A stretch of 54,744 nt of DNA from Anaerolineales bacterium (lineage in GTDB: Bacteria; Chloroflexota; Anaerolineae; UBA1429): the NCBI GenBank assembly GCA_039680625.1, contig JBDKSN010000075.1, positions 1 through 54,744 of the forward strand, given 5' to 3'. Made by a program: the position numbers and the translations under genes. Below the pieces are notes generated by a model. That model saw nothing but the letters and a program-made list of their open reading frames with translations, did no database searches and was not told the DNA's origin. Positions 18,957 to 27,672 of this stretch are shown here, piece by piece; the first letter of the stretch is position 1; each line of letters starts with the position of its first letter.

Positions 18957-19715
18957 ATGCTGGCGAAGCGGATCATTCCCTGTCTGGATGTCAAAGACGG
19001 CCGTGTGGTCAAGGGTGTGAACTTTGTCTCGTTGCGCGATGCGGGCGATCCGGTGGAGAACGCTACCATCTATAGTCGCGAGCGCGCCGATGAGCTCGTC
19101 TTTCTCGACATCACCGCCACGCACGAGAGCCGCGATATCGTCATCGATATGGTGCGCCGCGTGGCCGACGCTATCGATATTCCCTTCACCGTGGGCGGAG
19201 GCCTACGCACCGTTGAAGACCTGCGCGCGGTGCTGCTGGCTGGCGCCGACAAGACCTCGATCAACAGCTCGGCCGTGCGCACACCCGAGCTGATCACCGA
19301 GGGCGCCAAGCGCTTTGGCTCGCAGTGCATGGTGGTGGCCATCGATGCAACGCAGCGCGTCGAGGGCCAGTGGGAAGTGCTGATCAACGGTGGCCGCGTA
19401 TCCACGGGCCTGGATGCCGTAGCCTGGGCGAAAGAGGTCGAGCGACGAGGCGCCGGCGAGATCCTGCTCACCAGCCTGGACCGCGACGGCACCAAAGACG
19501 GGTATGACATCGCCCTGACGCGCGCGGTAGCCGATGCGGTGTCGATTCCGGTGATCGCCTCGGGCGGCGCGGGCAAGCTCGAGCACTTTTACGAGGCGCT
19601 GACCGCGGGCGGTGCGAGCGGTGCGCTGGCCGCCTCACTGTTCCACTTCCGCGAGGTGACGGTCGACGAGGTCAAGGCGTACCTAGAAGAGCGCGGCGTG
19701 CCGGTGAGGCGCTGA
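18957..19715 (+). CDS. hisF: Imidazole glycerol phosphate synthase, cyclase subunit
   Basis: [23 protein letters not shown]...[11 protein letters not shown]...GGGLR...[17 protein letters not shown]...VIASGGAG. Confidence 0.95.
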   Translation: MLAKRIIPCLDVKDGRVVKGVNFVSLRDAGDPVENATIYSRERADELVFLDITATHESRDIVIDMVRRVADAIDIPFTVGGGLRTVEDLRAVLLAGADKTSINSSAVRTPELITEGAKRFGSQCMVVAIDATQRVEGQWEVLINGGRVSTGLDAVAWAKEVERRGAGEILLTSLDRDGTKDGYDIALTRAVADAVSIPVIASGGAGKLEHFYEALTAGGASGALAASLFHFREVTVDEVKAYLEERGVPVRR

Positions 19716-19717
19716 CC

Positions 19718-20077
19718 ATGGCCACACCCGCTTTGGCCAGCGTCGAGGATGTGCGTTGGGATGAGCACGGCCTCATCCCCGCTATCGTGCAAGATGTCCA
19801 CACCGGCCAGGTGCTGATGGTCGCCTATGTCAATGCCGAGTCGTTGCGGCTCTGCCTGAGCACCGGCGACACCTGGTTCTTTAGCCGCAAGCGGCAGACC
19901 CTGTGGCACAAGGGCGAGACCTCGGGCAACACGCAGCGCATCCGCAGCATCTGCCTCGAGTGCGATGGCGACGCGCTGCTCTTGACAGTCGAGCCGGCCG
20001 GCCCAGCCTGCCACACCGGTGCAGTGTCCTGCTTCTTCCGCGATATGGGTATGGCTGCCCCTGAGGAGGCCGAGTGA
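19718..20077 (+). CDS. hisI: Phosphoribosyl-AMP cyclohydrolase
   Basis: 119 aa with [39 protein letters not shown] and CDGDALLL. Confidence 0.9.
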   Translation: MATPALASVEDVRWDEHGLIPAIVQDVHTGQVLMVAYVNAESLRLCLSTGDTWFFSRKRQTLWHKGETSGNTQRIRSICLECDGDALLLTVEPAGPACHTGAVSCFFRDMGMAAPEEAE

Positions 20078-20355
20078 GCGACGTACTGTTGACCCTGCAG
20101 GCGACGATCCGCGACCGTCGCGAACACCCTCGCGAAGGCTCGTATACCTGCCAGCTTTTCGACGCTGGCCGCGCGCGCATCCTGCAAAAGGTGGGCGAGG
20201 AGGCGGTTGAGGTGGTGCTGGCGGGCGCATTGGCCGATGATGGCCAGGTGGTCTATGAGAGCGCCGATCTCATCTATCACCTGCTGGTGGCCTTGGTCGA
20301 GCGCGGCCTGAGCTGGGAAGCGATCGAGGCCGAGCTACAGCGCCGTTTTCACTGA
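20074..20355 (+). CDS. hisE: Phosphoribosyl-ATP pyrophosphohydrolase
   Basis: 93 aa with a GTG start overlapping the hisI stop. Motifs: [10 protein letters not shown]...[10 protein letters not shown] and DLIYHLLV. Confidence 0.9.
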   Translation: MSDVLLTLQATIRDRREHPREGSYTCQLFDAGRARILQKVGEEAVEVVLAGALADDGQVVYESADLIYHLLVALVERGLSWEAIEAELQRRFH

Positions 20356-20358
20356 CCG

Positions 20359-21129
20359 ATGGCGCAGCCAATGTCTCTCGCGCACATCGACGCCGGCCAT
20401 TATGATGCCGTCTTGTTCGATCTGGATGGCACCCTGGTCGAGACGGACAACCGCTGGGCCAAGCAGCTCGAGGACAGGCTGTCCTGGCTCAAACGGCTCT
20501 GCCCACGGGCAGATCTCGAAGAGCTCTCGCACAGCGTGGTGATGGCTATCGAGACGCCCGGCAATTATGGCATTGCCATGCTCGAACGGCTGGGTCTCGC
20601 CGAGGCGCTCAACGGCGTCAGCGACCGCATCCGCCAGTCCAAGGGCCTGGCCACCAAAGACGGGCAAGAGATCGTACAGGGGAGTGTGGCGTTGCTCGAG
20701 GCATTGCAGCCTCGTTTCCGCCTGGCCGTGGTGACCACGCGCGCCCGACGCGAGGCGAGCGCCTTCATTCAAGGGCTGGGGTTGACGCGCTTTTTCCCGG
20801 TGGTCATCACCCGCCAGGATGTCTTGCGGATGAAGCCCCATCCCGAGCCACTGCTCAAGGCGGCAGCGCTGCTGGGCGTCAGCCCCACGCGCTGCATCAT
20901 GGTGGGCGACACGGGCACCGACATGCGCTCTGCACGGCGGGCGGGCGCCCTGGCCGTGGGGGTGCTCTCGGGGTTTGGCACCAAACGCGAACTCGAGCGC
21001 GGTGGCGCCCAGATCATCTTGCCCTACGCCGCCGACCTGGCGCCGCTGCTCTGCGAGCCGAACTCGGTCGACGCAGCCAGCTACTCGCTGGCCTCTTCTT
21101 CCTCTTCCTCGCCGACCCCCACGCGATAG
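20359..21129 (+). CDS. HAD-IA family phosphatase (phosphoglycolate-phosphatase-like), last gene of the his operon
   Basis: DAVLFDLDGTLVETD (motif I), VVTTR (motif II) and MVGDTGTDMRSARRAG (motif IV). It starts 4 nt after the hisE stop. The Ser-rich C-terminal tail overlaps the def 3' end. Confidence 0.8.
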   Translation: MAQPMSLAHIDAGHYDAVLFDLDGTLVETDNRWAKQLEDRLSWLKRLCPRADLEELSHSVVMAIETPGNYGIAMLERLGLAEALNGVSDRIRQSKGLATKDGQEIVQGSVALLEALQPRFRLAVVTTRARREASAFIQGLGLTRFFPVVITRQDVLRMKPHPEPLLKAAALLGVSPTRCIMVGDTGTDMRSARRAGALAVGVLSGFGTKRELERGGAQIILPYAADLAPLLCEPNSVDAASYSLASSSSSSPTPTR

Positions 21130-21614
21130 AGCTTGTCGGGGCTGGCCAACCGATCGAGGTAGAGGATGCCCTCTAGATGGTCGTATTCGTGCTGAAACGC
21201 CTGCGCCAGCAGATCATAGCCCTTGTAACGCACGGGCTTGCCCCGCACGTCCTGACCCTTGATCAGCACTTCCGTGGCGCGCACCACCGTGCCGCGATAG
21301 CCCGGCACGCTCAGGCAACCCTCGTCCATCTCTTCTGCGCCGCGCATGCGCACGATCTCGGGGTTCACCAACACATAGCGCTTGCTGGGGCCGATCTCCC
21401 GATCGTTCTCATCTACCTCGGGCGGCATCTCGATCACCACGACTCGCTGCAACACGCCGATCTGGGGCGCGGCCAGGCCTAGGCCTTGATAGGCGTGTAG
21501 CGAGTCGAACATATCGTCCACCAGGCGCCGCAGGTCGTCGCCAAAGTGCGATACCTTCTTGGACTTTTGGCGCAACAGGGGATTCTCAGCGGTCACGATC
21601 GGACGCACGGCCAT
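21081..21614 (-). CDS. def: Peptide deformylase
   Basis: GGAGG RBS then ATG 21614 gives MAVRPIVT...GLGLAAPQIG...EGCLSVPG...HEYDHLEG. It has an unusual acidic tail, GEEEEEEASE. Confidence 0.9.
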   Translation of the reverse strand: MAVRPIVTAENPLLRQKSKKVSHFGDDLRRLVDDMFDSLHAYQGLGLAAPQIGVLQRVVVIEMPPEVDENDREIGPSKRYVLVNPEIVRMRGAEEMDEGCLSVPGYRGTVVRATEVLIKGQDVRGKPVRYKGYDLLAQAFQHEYDHLEGILYLDRLASPDKLYRVGVGEEEEEEASE

Positions 21615-21770
21615 GGAGTCCGCCTCCAGAATTGTATAGTGAATCAATCATGATTCTAGCCAGCGTAGGGCGCTTGTCAAACGCGCACCAGCGGCGCCTC
21701 AGCGCTCGGCGTGCTTGACACGCCCTCGCCCTGCGCTACAGTTCATTCGATCCTGACCAGAGGATAGGAC

Positions 21771-22235
21771 ATGGAGAAACAGCCGAACGCGGAGTATTGT
21801 TTTGTGTGTGGCCTGGCCAACCCCAGCGGTCTCAAGGCCACCTTCTATCAGGTCTCGGATACTCGAGTGGTGGCGCACTATGTGGCGGGCGAAGAGTATC
21901 AGGGCTATCCCGGCGTGCTCCACGGTGGTATCACCAGCGCCCTGCTGGACGAGGTCATCGAGCGCACGCTGATCCCCACCGATCGTTGGGCGATGACAGC
22001 CGAGCTGCAGGTGCGCTTTTTGGCGCCAGTGCCCATCGGCCAACCGATCACGGTCGAGGGCGAGTTGGTGCGCCTACGCAGCCGCACAATGGAGGGGCGC
22101 GGCCGCATAGTGCTGGCCGATGGCACCGTGGCAGCCACGGCAGAGGCCAAGTACATCCTGTTGAGTCCTCAGCAGGCCAAGAGTTACGACGTGCCCAGCT
22201 CTTGGCAGGATATCTCCGATGAGGTGGGGCAATAG
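21771..22235 (+). CDS. PaaI/hotdog-fold thioesterase family protein
   Basis: 154 aa with CFVCGLANPSGLKATF and GVLHGGITSALLDEV, as expected for a hotdog thioesterase. Confidence 0.8.
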   Translation: MEKQPNAEYCFVCGLANPSGLKATFYQVSDTRVVAHYVAGEEYQGYPGVLHGGITSALLDEVIERTLIPTDRWAMTAELQVRFLAPVPIGQPITVEGELVRLRSRTMEGRGRIVLADGTVAATAEAKYILLSPQQAKSYDVPSSWQDISDEVGQ

Positions 22236-22333
22236 ACCAACGCAGCCCTAGGGATGATATCCGAGCGGTCACTGGCCTGGCCTGCCCGCTCGGCTGGCTG
22301 CGCCTGGCTGTCAGTGAGCGCGGCGTCTGCCGC

Positions 22334-22735
22334 GTGTCGCTCCAGCCAGAGGAGCCACGCTCGCTGGCCATCGATGCGGAAGCAGCGGCGCTGGCCGCCG
22401 AGGCCGAGCAGCAGCTGCGCGAGTATCTCGCGGGCACGCGCCGCGCATTCGATCTGACGCTCGACCTCTCGTCGGGGAGCGCCTTTCAACAGGCCACGTG
22501 GCGCGCCACGTGCACGGTGCCCTTTGGCCTGCCGGTGGCCTATGGCGAGATTGCCGCACAGCTGGGCCAGCCGCAGGCGGCGCGTGCGGTGGGCCAGGCG
22601 CTCAAGCGCAACCCTCTCTTGATCCTGGTGCCCTGTCACCGCGTGGTGCGGATGCACGGCGGCTTGGGTGGCTTTCGCGCGGGAGATGCGGCCAAAGTGT
22701 GGCTGCTCAAGCACGAGGGAGCACTCTTGCTCTAG
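22334..22735 (+). CDS. ogt: Methylated-DNA--protein-cysteine methyltransferase (coordinates conservative; homology continues upstream to about 22259 without a canonical in-frame start)
   Basis: Active-site LVPCHRVV plus TVPFG..VAYGEIA and RAVG.ALKRNP. The upstream in-frame sequence IRAVTGLACPLGWLRLAVSERGVCR looks like the N-terminal MGMT domain. Confidence 0.85.
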   Translation: MSLQPEEPRSLAIDAEAAALAAEAEQQLREYLAGTRRAFDLTLDLSSGSAFQQATWRATCTVPFGLPVAYGEIAAQLGQPQAARAVGQALKRNPLLILVPCHRVVRMHGGLGGFRAGDAAKVWLLKHEGALLL

Positions 22736-23361
22736 CTGCGAGGATTCAGGAACTGGGACCTGCGCCTGACGTGCATCGGCTCGACGAAATTGATGAGCTG
22801 TTCGATCTCTGTGATCTGCCGATCCACCAGGCGCAGCTTGTTCAACAGACGGCGGCGTTGGCGGCGCGCCAACAGCTTCTTGAGTGGGTCGAATGGCCCA
22901 TGGATCGGCTCGGCTAGCATCTGGGTGATCTCTGTCAGCGCGCGGTCTTGGTCGACCTCGGTCAGTAAGCGCCGCCAATACCCCGCCTCATAGCGAGAGG
23001 TCATACCGCGATCGCTGAAATACAGGGTGATGTCGGCCATCATCTCGATGGCGGCCAGCCGGTACACCTCGGGCAGGCGATAGTGCAGGGCGGTCTGGAG
23101 CTTGTTGTAGGCGAAGTGGTAGAGCTCGTTCGTCTCGCGCTGTAGCACGTCGCGGCGCGGCTCGATGCGCCGTTTGAGCATCACGCTGAGGTTCTGGTGC
23201 CCCTGCACAAAGGCGTCTTCGGCGTCTTTGTAGGCATAGAGCATATCGGCCTCGAACCGCCGGCCACAGAGAGTGCAGGCCAGATCGGGGTGATCTGGCA
23301 GGGGCACTAGCTGGCCATCGCAGTAGGGGCAGTCGTAGAACTGCGGTGCCTCGGGTGGCAT
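22732..23361 (-). CDS. Hypothetical protein with an N-terminal CxxC...CxxC zinc ribbon and a helical C-terminal region
   Basis: 209 aa: FYDCPYCDGQLVPLPDHPDLACTLCGRRF followed by Arg/Leu-rich helices. I recognise no family. Confidence 0.6.
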   Translation of the reverse strand: MPPEAPQFYDCPYCDGQLVPLPDHPDLACTLCGRRFEADMLYAYKDAEDAFVQGHQNLSVMLKRRIEPRRDVLQRETNELYHFAYNKLQTALHYRLPEVYRLAAIEMMADITLYFSDRGMTSRYEAGYWRRLLTEVDQDRALTEITQMLAEPIHGPFDPLKKLLARRQRRRLLNKLRLVDRQITEIEQLINFVEPMHVRRRSQFLNPRS

Positions 23362-23387
23362 CTGCTGACTCCTCGAATCCTCGTCAT

Positions 23388-23417
23388 GGCCAGGCAGAGA
23401 GGGTACTCTGCCTGGCC
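23388..23417. terminator. 12-bp perfect GC-rich hairpin (GGCCAGGCAGAG-AGGGTA-CTCTGCCTGGCC) downstream of the oxidoreductase gene; no U-tract
   Basis: Read directly. Confidence 0.4.
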
Positions 23418-23441
23418 CAGTTAAGATCTGCCGAGCGCTGT

Positions 23442-24560
23442 CTAGTCGAGCGCCCGCTCATCCAACCCCAGGGGCAGCGGTGCGGGGCGCGTAAACGTGC
23501 TCGTCACTTGATGATAGGCGCCCATCGCCGCACACTCCAAAAAGCCCTGCATGAGGTCGAGCACGTGATAGGCCTGCGCGCCGGTTTGCCGATGAGGGCG
23601 CCCCTCAAGGAGCGCATAGGCCATATCGACCACGCCCAGTCCCCATTGCTCCCGACCGGCGGTGTGACCGTGGGTCAGCGACACCTCCTCGAACGGGCCA
23701 CGCTCGCGCGCAAGGAGCACCGGCCCACCCAACGTGTTGGGATCGGGCACGCCCAACGTGCCCTCGGTGCCATAGATCTCGATGTTCGGCAGGCGCGAGG
23801 CGTAGGTCGCAAAGGTGGTGATGATCGTGCCGATCGCGCCATTGGCGAACTCGAGCGTGCCCGTCACGTGGTCGGGCGTCTCGACGATGATCTTGTGCCC
23901 CTTGAGCGGCTCGCTCGTGATGGTGCGCTCGCCGATCAAGATGCCCGCGGCGCCGCACTGCCGCACCACTGGCCCCAACAAGGTGGTCAACGCCGTGAGA
24001 TAGTAAGGCCCCATGTCGAACATCGGCCCGGCGCCCGGCTTGTAATAGTACTCGGGGTTGGGGTGCCAGTGTTCGTGCCCCCGGCTCATCATAAAGGCCG
24101 CTGCGGCCACGGGCCGGCCGATGGCGCCCTCATCGAGCAGCTTGCGGCAGGTCTGCAGGCCGCCGCCCAAGGGCGTGCTAGGGGCCGCGCCCACGAGGAC
24201 ACCAGCCGCTTGCGCGGCAGCGAGGATCTCGGCGCCCTCGGTGCGGTTGACGGCCAGGGGCTTTTCGGTAAAGACGTTCTTGCCCGCGGCGATGGCCGCC
24301 AGGCTGATGTCCTTATGAGCCTGAGGGTTGGTCAGGTTGACAACGATGCGGATCTCGGGCATGGCCAACAGCTCATCCACCGTGCAGGGGCGCGGGATGC
24401 CATACTCTGCGGCGGCCTGGGCGGCGCGCTCGGGGAAGGCATCGGCGCAAGCCACGCACTCGAGGATGTCAAAGCTCTGTACCGTGCGGAAATAGTTGCC
24501 GCTGATGTTGCCGCAACCGATGATGCCGATCTTGACGGTATTCACAAGTGCGCTCCTCAT
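23442..24560 (-). CDS. Gfo/Idh/MocA family NAD(P)-dependent oxidoreductase
   Basis: 372 aa with Rossmann motif KIGIIGCGNISGNY and the EKPLA motif (VFTEKPLAV). Confidence 0.9.
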   Translation of the reverse strand: MRSALVNTVKIGIIGCGNISGNYFRTVQSFDILECVACADAFPERAAQAAAEYGIPRPCTVDELLAMPEIRIVVNLTNPQAHKDISLAAIAAGKNVFTEKPLAVNRTEGAEILAAAQAAGVLVGAAPSTPLGGGLQTCRKLLDEGAIGRPVAAAAFMMSRGHEHWHPNPEYYYKPGAGPMFDMGPYYLTALTTLLGPVVRQCGAAGILIGERTITSEPLKGHKIIVETPDHVTGTLEFANGAIGTIITTFATYASRLPNIEIYGTEGTLGVPDPNTLGGPVLLARERGPFEEVSLTHGHTAGREQWGLGVVDMAYALLEGRPHRQTGAQAYHVLDLMQGFLECAAMGAYHQVTSTFTRPAPLPLGLDERALD

Positions 24561-24578
24561 CTGCAGAGTCAGAACTCG

Positions 24579-27500
24579 TCACGCGTCACAATGTTGGATG
24601 ATCACCTGGCCATAGAGGCCCCAGTCTTTGACCACATAGTCCGGCGTAAAGGTCTCGTCGGTGCGGCGGAACGAGCGCCAGTCGGTCCAGGCCTCACGGC
24701 CGGTGGCCAGGTGTAGCGGGCCGAGCATGTTGCGCGGGCTGCTCACGACCTCGATACCGATGTTGTTGACGCCCGGCCCGAGGTGGTCGGTGATGTCCAG
24801 CCCGTTCGCGGATGCCCAGGGAATGTGCCCGGCGACCGCACCGTTGACATGTACCGCCACATCCACCGCCTGATAGTCCTGCAGATAGACGCGCACACGC
24901 CGGCCCAGCTCCGGCCGGTAGACGAAGGTGCCCTCATAGATCATGCTGCCGGCATAGTGCAAGTAGCCTTGGCTCGTCCAATCGCCAAAATGCAGGCTAT
25001 CGGGTTCGGCAATGATCGCCCGGTCCGTATCGATGCCGAAATCACCGATGAGGAAGCAGTCCTCTAGCTCCATGTGGTTGGTGTAGAGGCACGAGAGCTC
25101 GAGCCAGTTCTCGCCGGGCAACAGCTCGGGCAACAGCACCTTGTGGAACGAGCGATCGAGATACCAGCCCAACGCCCGGTTCGGCACGGGTTCGTCGTTG
25201 AGGGCGATGCCGAATTGCGCCGCGCCTTCGACCAGCAGGTAGACGGGCGCCTCGGGCACATCGCGCACCTCAAAGGTGAACTCGAGCGCCACCGGCGTGT
25301 CGTCATTGGGATGGGGCTTGGTGGCCCACTTGTAGCGCTGCGGCAGCCCGTTGTAATAGTTCTGCCGCATGCCTAGCATCTCGCGCACCTCGCTCTGCGC
25401 CCGCCAGACCTCCATCTCGTCTGACCACTCGCGGTCACCCACGGTGTAGCAGCAACGGTCGAGGGTGAGTACGTTCGGGTCGGTGCGCTTGAGGGTGCAC
25501 TCGGGACCGATGAACTGCGCTCGGGTCACATGGCGCGACACGCGGAACACCGGCGCGATGCGCTCGACGGCGCCTGCCACCGGCTCACCTTGCGGATCGA
25601 TCACATAAAGCAACGACCCCGCCGGCCCGATATTGGCAAAGAAGCGCACCTGGCCATCGAGCACGTCGGCGGGCACAGGCGTGGCCTTGCCCGTGAGTGG
25701 ATCCCACTGCTCGACGCGGCCCTTCCCTTGCAGGCGCACCTCGAGGTCATAGCCGTTGCTGCGGTCGCCATTAGTGATGAAATAAGCCTGACAACCATCG
25801 ATGTCGCGCTGCATGTAGAGCAACGAGGCGGCCTCTTGGCCATAGATCGTGCGCAAGCTCACGCGACGCGCCACAGCAGCCTCGAGAGCGCCTTGCAACT
25901 GGCTGGCGTCAGCGATGCGCGTCACGCCAGGCTGTTGCCACAGCGCAGACAATCGCTCGGCAGGCTCAGCCTCGATCAGAGAGGGCGGCTCGCCCACCAC
26001 GATCACCTTGCCGCCGGCGGCCAGATAGCCATCGAGAACCGCGACGGTCGAGCCGAGGAGCGTCTTCATCTCGGGCGGGACCACCACGACCCGATAGGGC
26101 GCGCGCCCCACATAGAGCATATCGCCCTCGATGCGGCACGAGTCGGCCATGATCTGCTCATCGCCCAGGTCGCAATCATAGTGCGTAGCCAGCACAGCCT
26201 GGATAAAGTCGTTGTAGCGCTCGCCGTAGGCATCCACCTGATCTTGGCTGGCCACCCCTTCGCCGAGCATGGCCCAGCCCGTGCTGACCGGGTGCAGCAA
26301 GAGCACATCGCGCACGGCCTCGCCCGCCGTCGTGATGCTGCCCACGCGCGCGAAATAGTCCTCGACGACCTTGTTGTACTTCCACCAGGTCGTGTTGTAG
26401 TTGAAACTGGGCGGATAGTCGCGCTTGCGGCAGCCGCGCAGACTATAGAGCGCCAGGTGTTGGCAGCGCAGGTTGACGCCCAGCACATATTGCCAATCGC
26501 CCACCCACTTTTGGCCCTCGAAGGTGAACTCCCAGCTCGAGCAGCCATAGGTCTCGGACAACACGCGCTGGCGCCCGAACTGATTGGCCACGCTCGAACA
26601 CTGCTTGACGGTGTTGAACTCGTGCGTCTGCTCGGTCAGCATGTCGATGCCGGGCACCTGTTGCCAGCGGTAGTGCGGCATGATCGCGCCACCGCGCATG
26701 ATCGCGAGGCCCAGCTCGGCCTCGCACAGGTAGTGTCCGGTAAACGCCAGGTTGTGTTCGCCGCACCACTCGCCCAACTGCTTGCTATAGGCCTCGGTAA
26801 AGCGTTGGCTGATGGTATACCAGTAGTCGTGGCGGGCCTTGGCGGCGCGCTCGCCGTCATAGAACAGCCAGGGCAGCACCTCGAGCAGGTCATAGCCGCG
26901 CCGCTCTTGGAAGAACTCGGGCAGCCCGTCGGTCCAGGGCAGGGCGCGTCGCCCAGAGGTCACCTGAACCGCGAACACATTCGGCTCGTCGGTAAAGATG
27001 CCCGGCACCGCGCCGCCCCAATCACTGCCGATATCCTGGCGGTAGGCCTCGTAGGTGATGTCGCGGAAGGCCGCCACGGCGTCGGGGTTCAGGTTGTCGG
27101 CATAGGCATCGTCGTTGAACCACTCCGAGGGGCCTGACACCTCACGACGAAAGACCAGCAAGGTCTCGCCCTCGGCCAATGCTACGCCGCGCCGGATGCG
27201 CTTGGCGGCGGTGATCTGCCCATCGCTCACCGTTGCGCGGAACACTGCGAGCACATCCGCGTCGCCGGCAGGATAGCGGCTGGCTTGTTCGACGGTGACG
27301 ACCTTGGCGCGGAAGGCGTCTCCGCCGCGCGCGGGCACCAGGCCACCCGCGGCGCCTGAGGGCCAACGGTCCTCATCATAGAGCCAGGCGTTCATGCCCT
27401 CTTCGCGGGCGACGCGCACGCATTCGCGGATGCACTCCATCCACTCTGGCCCCATATACTCGGTCTCGAGGCCATCGCGCGAGTGCATGAAAAAGCCGCC

Positions 27501-27632
27501 CATGCCGTGGGCCTTCATGTCGCGGATCTGGCGGGCTAGCTCAGCGGGTTCGAGTCTGTCGTTCCATGACCAGAACGGCGCGCCTCGCAGCGTCGCGGGC
27601 GGGTCGGCAAAGGTCTTGCGCAGCGTGTCCAT
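24579..27632 (-). CDS. Large glycoside hydrolase (1017 aa); N-terminus resembles the GH106/alpha-L-rhamnosidase-like family (family assignment uncertain)
   Basis: RGAPFWSWNDRLEPAELARQIRDMKAHGMGGFFMHSRDGLETEYMGPEW...AWLYDEDRWPSG is an N-terminal pattern I associate with large uncharacterised GHs. There is no signal peptide. Confidence 0.7.
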   Translation of the reverse strand: MDTLRKTFADPPATLRGAPFWSWNDRLEPAELARQIRDMKAHGMGGFFMHSRDGLETEYMGPEWMECIRECVRVAREEGMNAWLYDEDRWPSGAAGGLVPARGGDAFRAKVVTVEQASRYPAGDADVLAVFRATVSDGQITAAKRIRRGVALAEGETLLVFRREVSGPSEWFNDDAYADNLNPDAVAAFRDITYEAYRQDIGSDWGGAVPGIFTDEPNVFAVQVTSGRRALPWTDGLPEFFQERRGYDLLEVLPWLFYDGERAAKARHDYWYTISQRFTEAYSKQLGEWCGEHNLAFTGHYLCEAELGLAIMRGGAIMPHYRWQQVPGIDMLTEQTHEFNTVKQCSSVANQFGRQRVLSETYGCSSWEFTFEGQKWVGDWQYVLGVNLRCQHLALYSLRGCRKRDYPPSFNYNTTWWKYNKVVEDYFARVGSITTAGEAVRDVLLLHPVSTGWAMLGEGVASQDQVDAYGERYNDFIQAVLATHYDCDLGDEQIMADSCRIEGDMLYVGRAPYRVVVVPPEMKTLLGSTVAVLDGYLAAGGKVIVVGEPPSLIEAEPAERLSALWQQPGVTRIADASQLQGALEAAVARRVSLRTIYGQEAASLLYMQRDIDGCQAYFITNGDRSNGYDLEVRLQGKGRVEQWDPLTGKATPVPADVLDGQVRFFANIGPAGSLLYVIDPQGEPVAGAVERIAPVFRVSRHVTRAQFIGPECTLKRTDPNVLTLDRCCYTVGDREWSDEMEVWRAQSEVREMLGMRQNYYNGLPQRYKWATKPHPNDDTPVALEFTFEVRDVPEAPVYLLVEGAAQFGIALNDEPVPNRALGWYLDRSFHKVLLPELLPGENWLELSCLYTNHMELEDCFLIGDFGIDTDRAIIAEPDSLHFGDWTSQGYLHYAGSMIYEGTFVYRPELGRRVRVYLQDYQAVDVAVHVNGAVAGHIPWASANGLDITDHLGPGVNNIGIEVVSSPRNMLGPLHLATGREAWTDWRSFRRTDETFTPDYVVKDWGLYGQVIIQHCDA

Positions 27633-27672
27633 CGTGCGTCTCCTCGTTCGTTACGTGGCCGTCATTCGGCCG

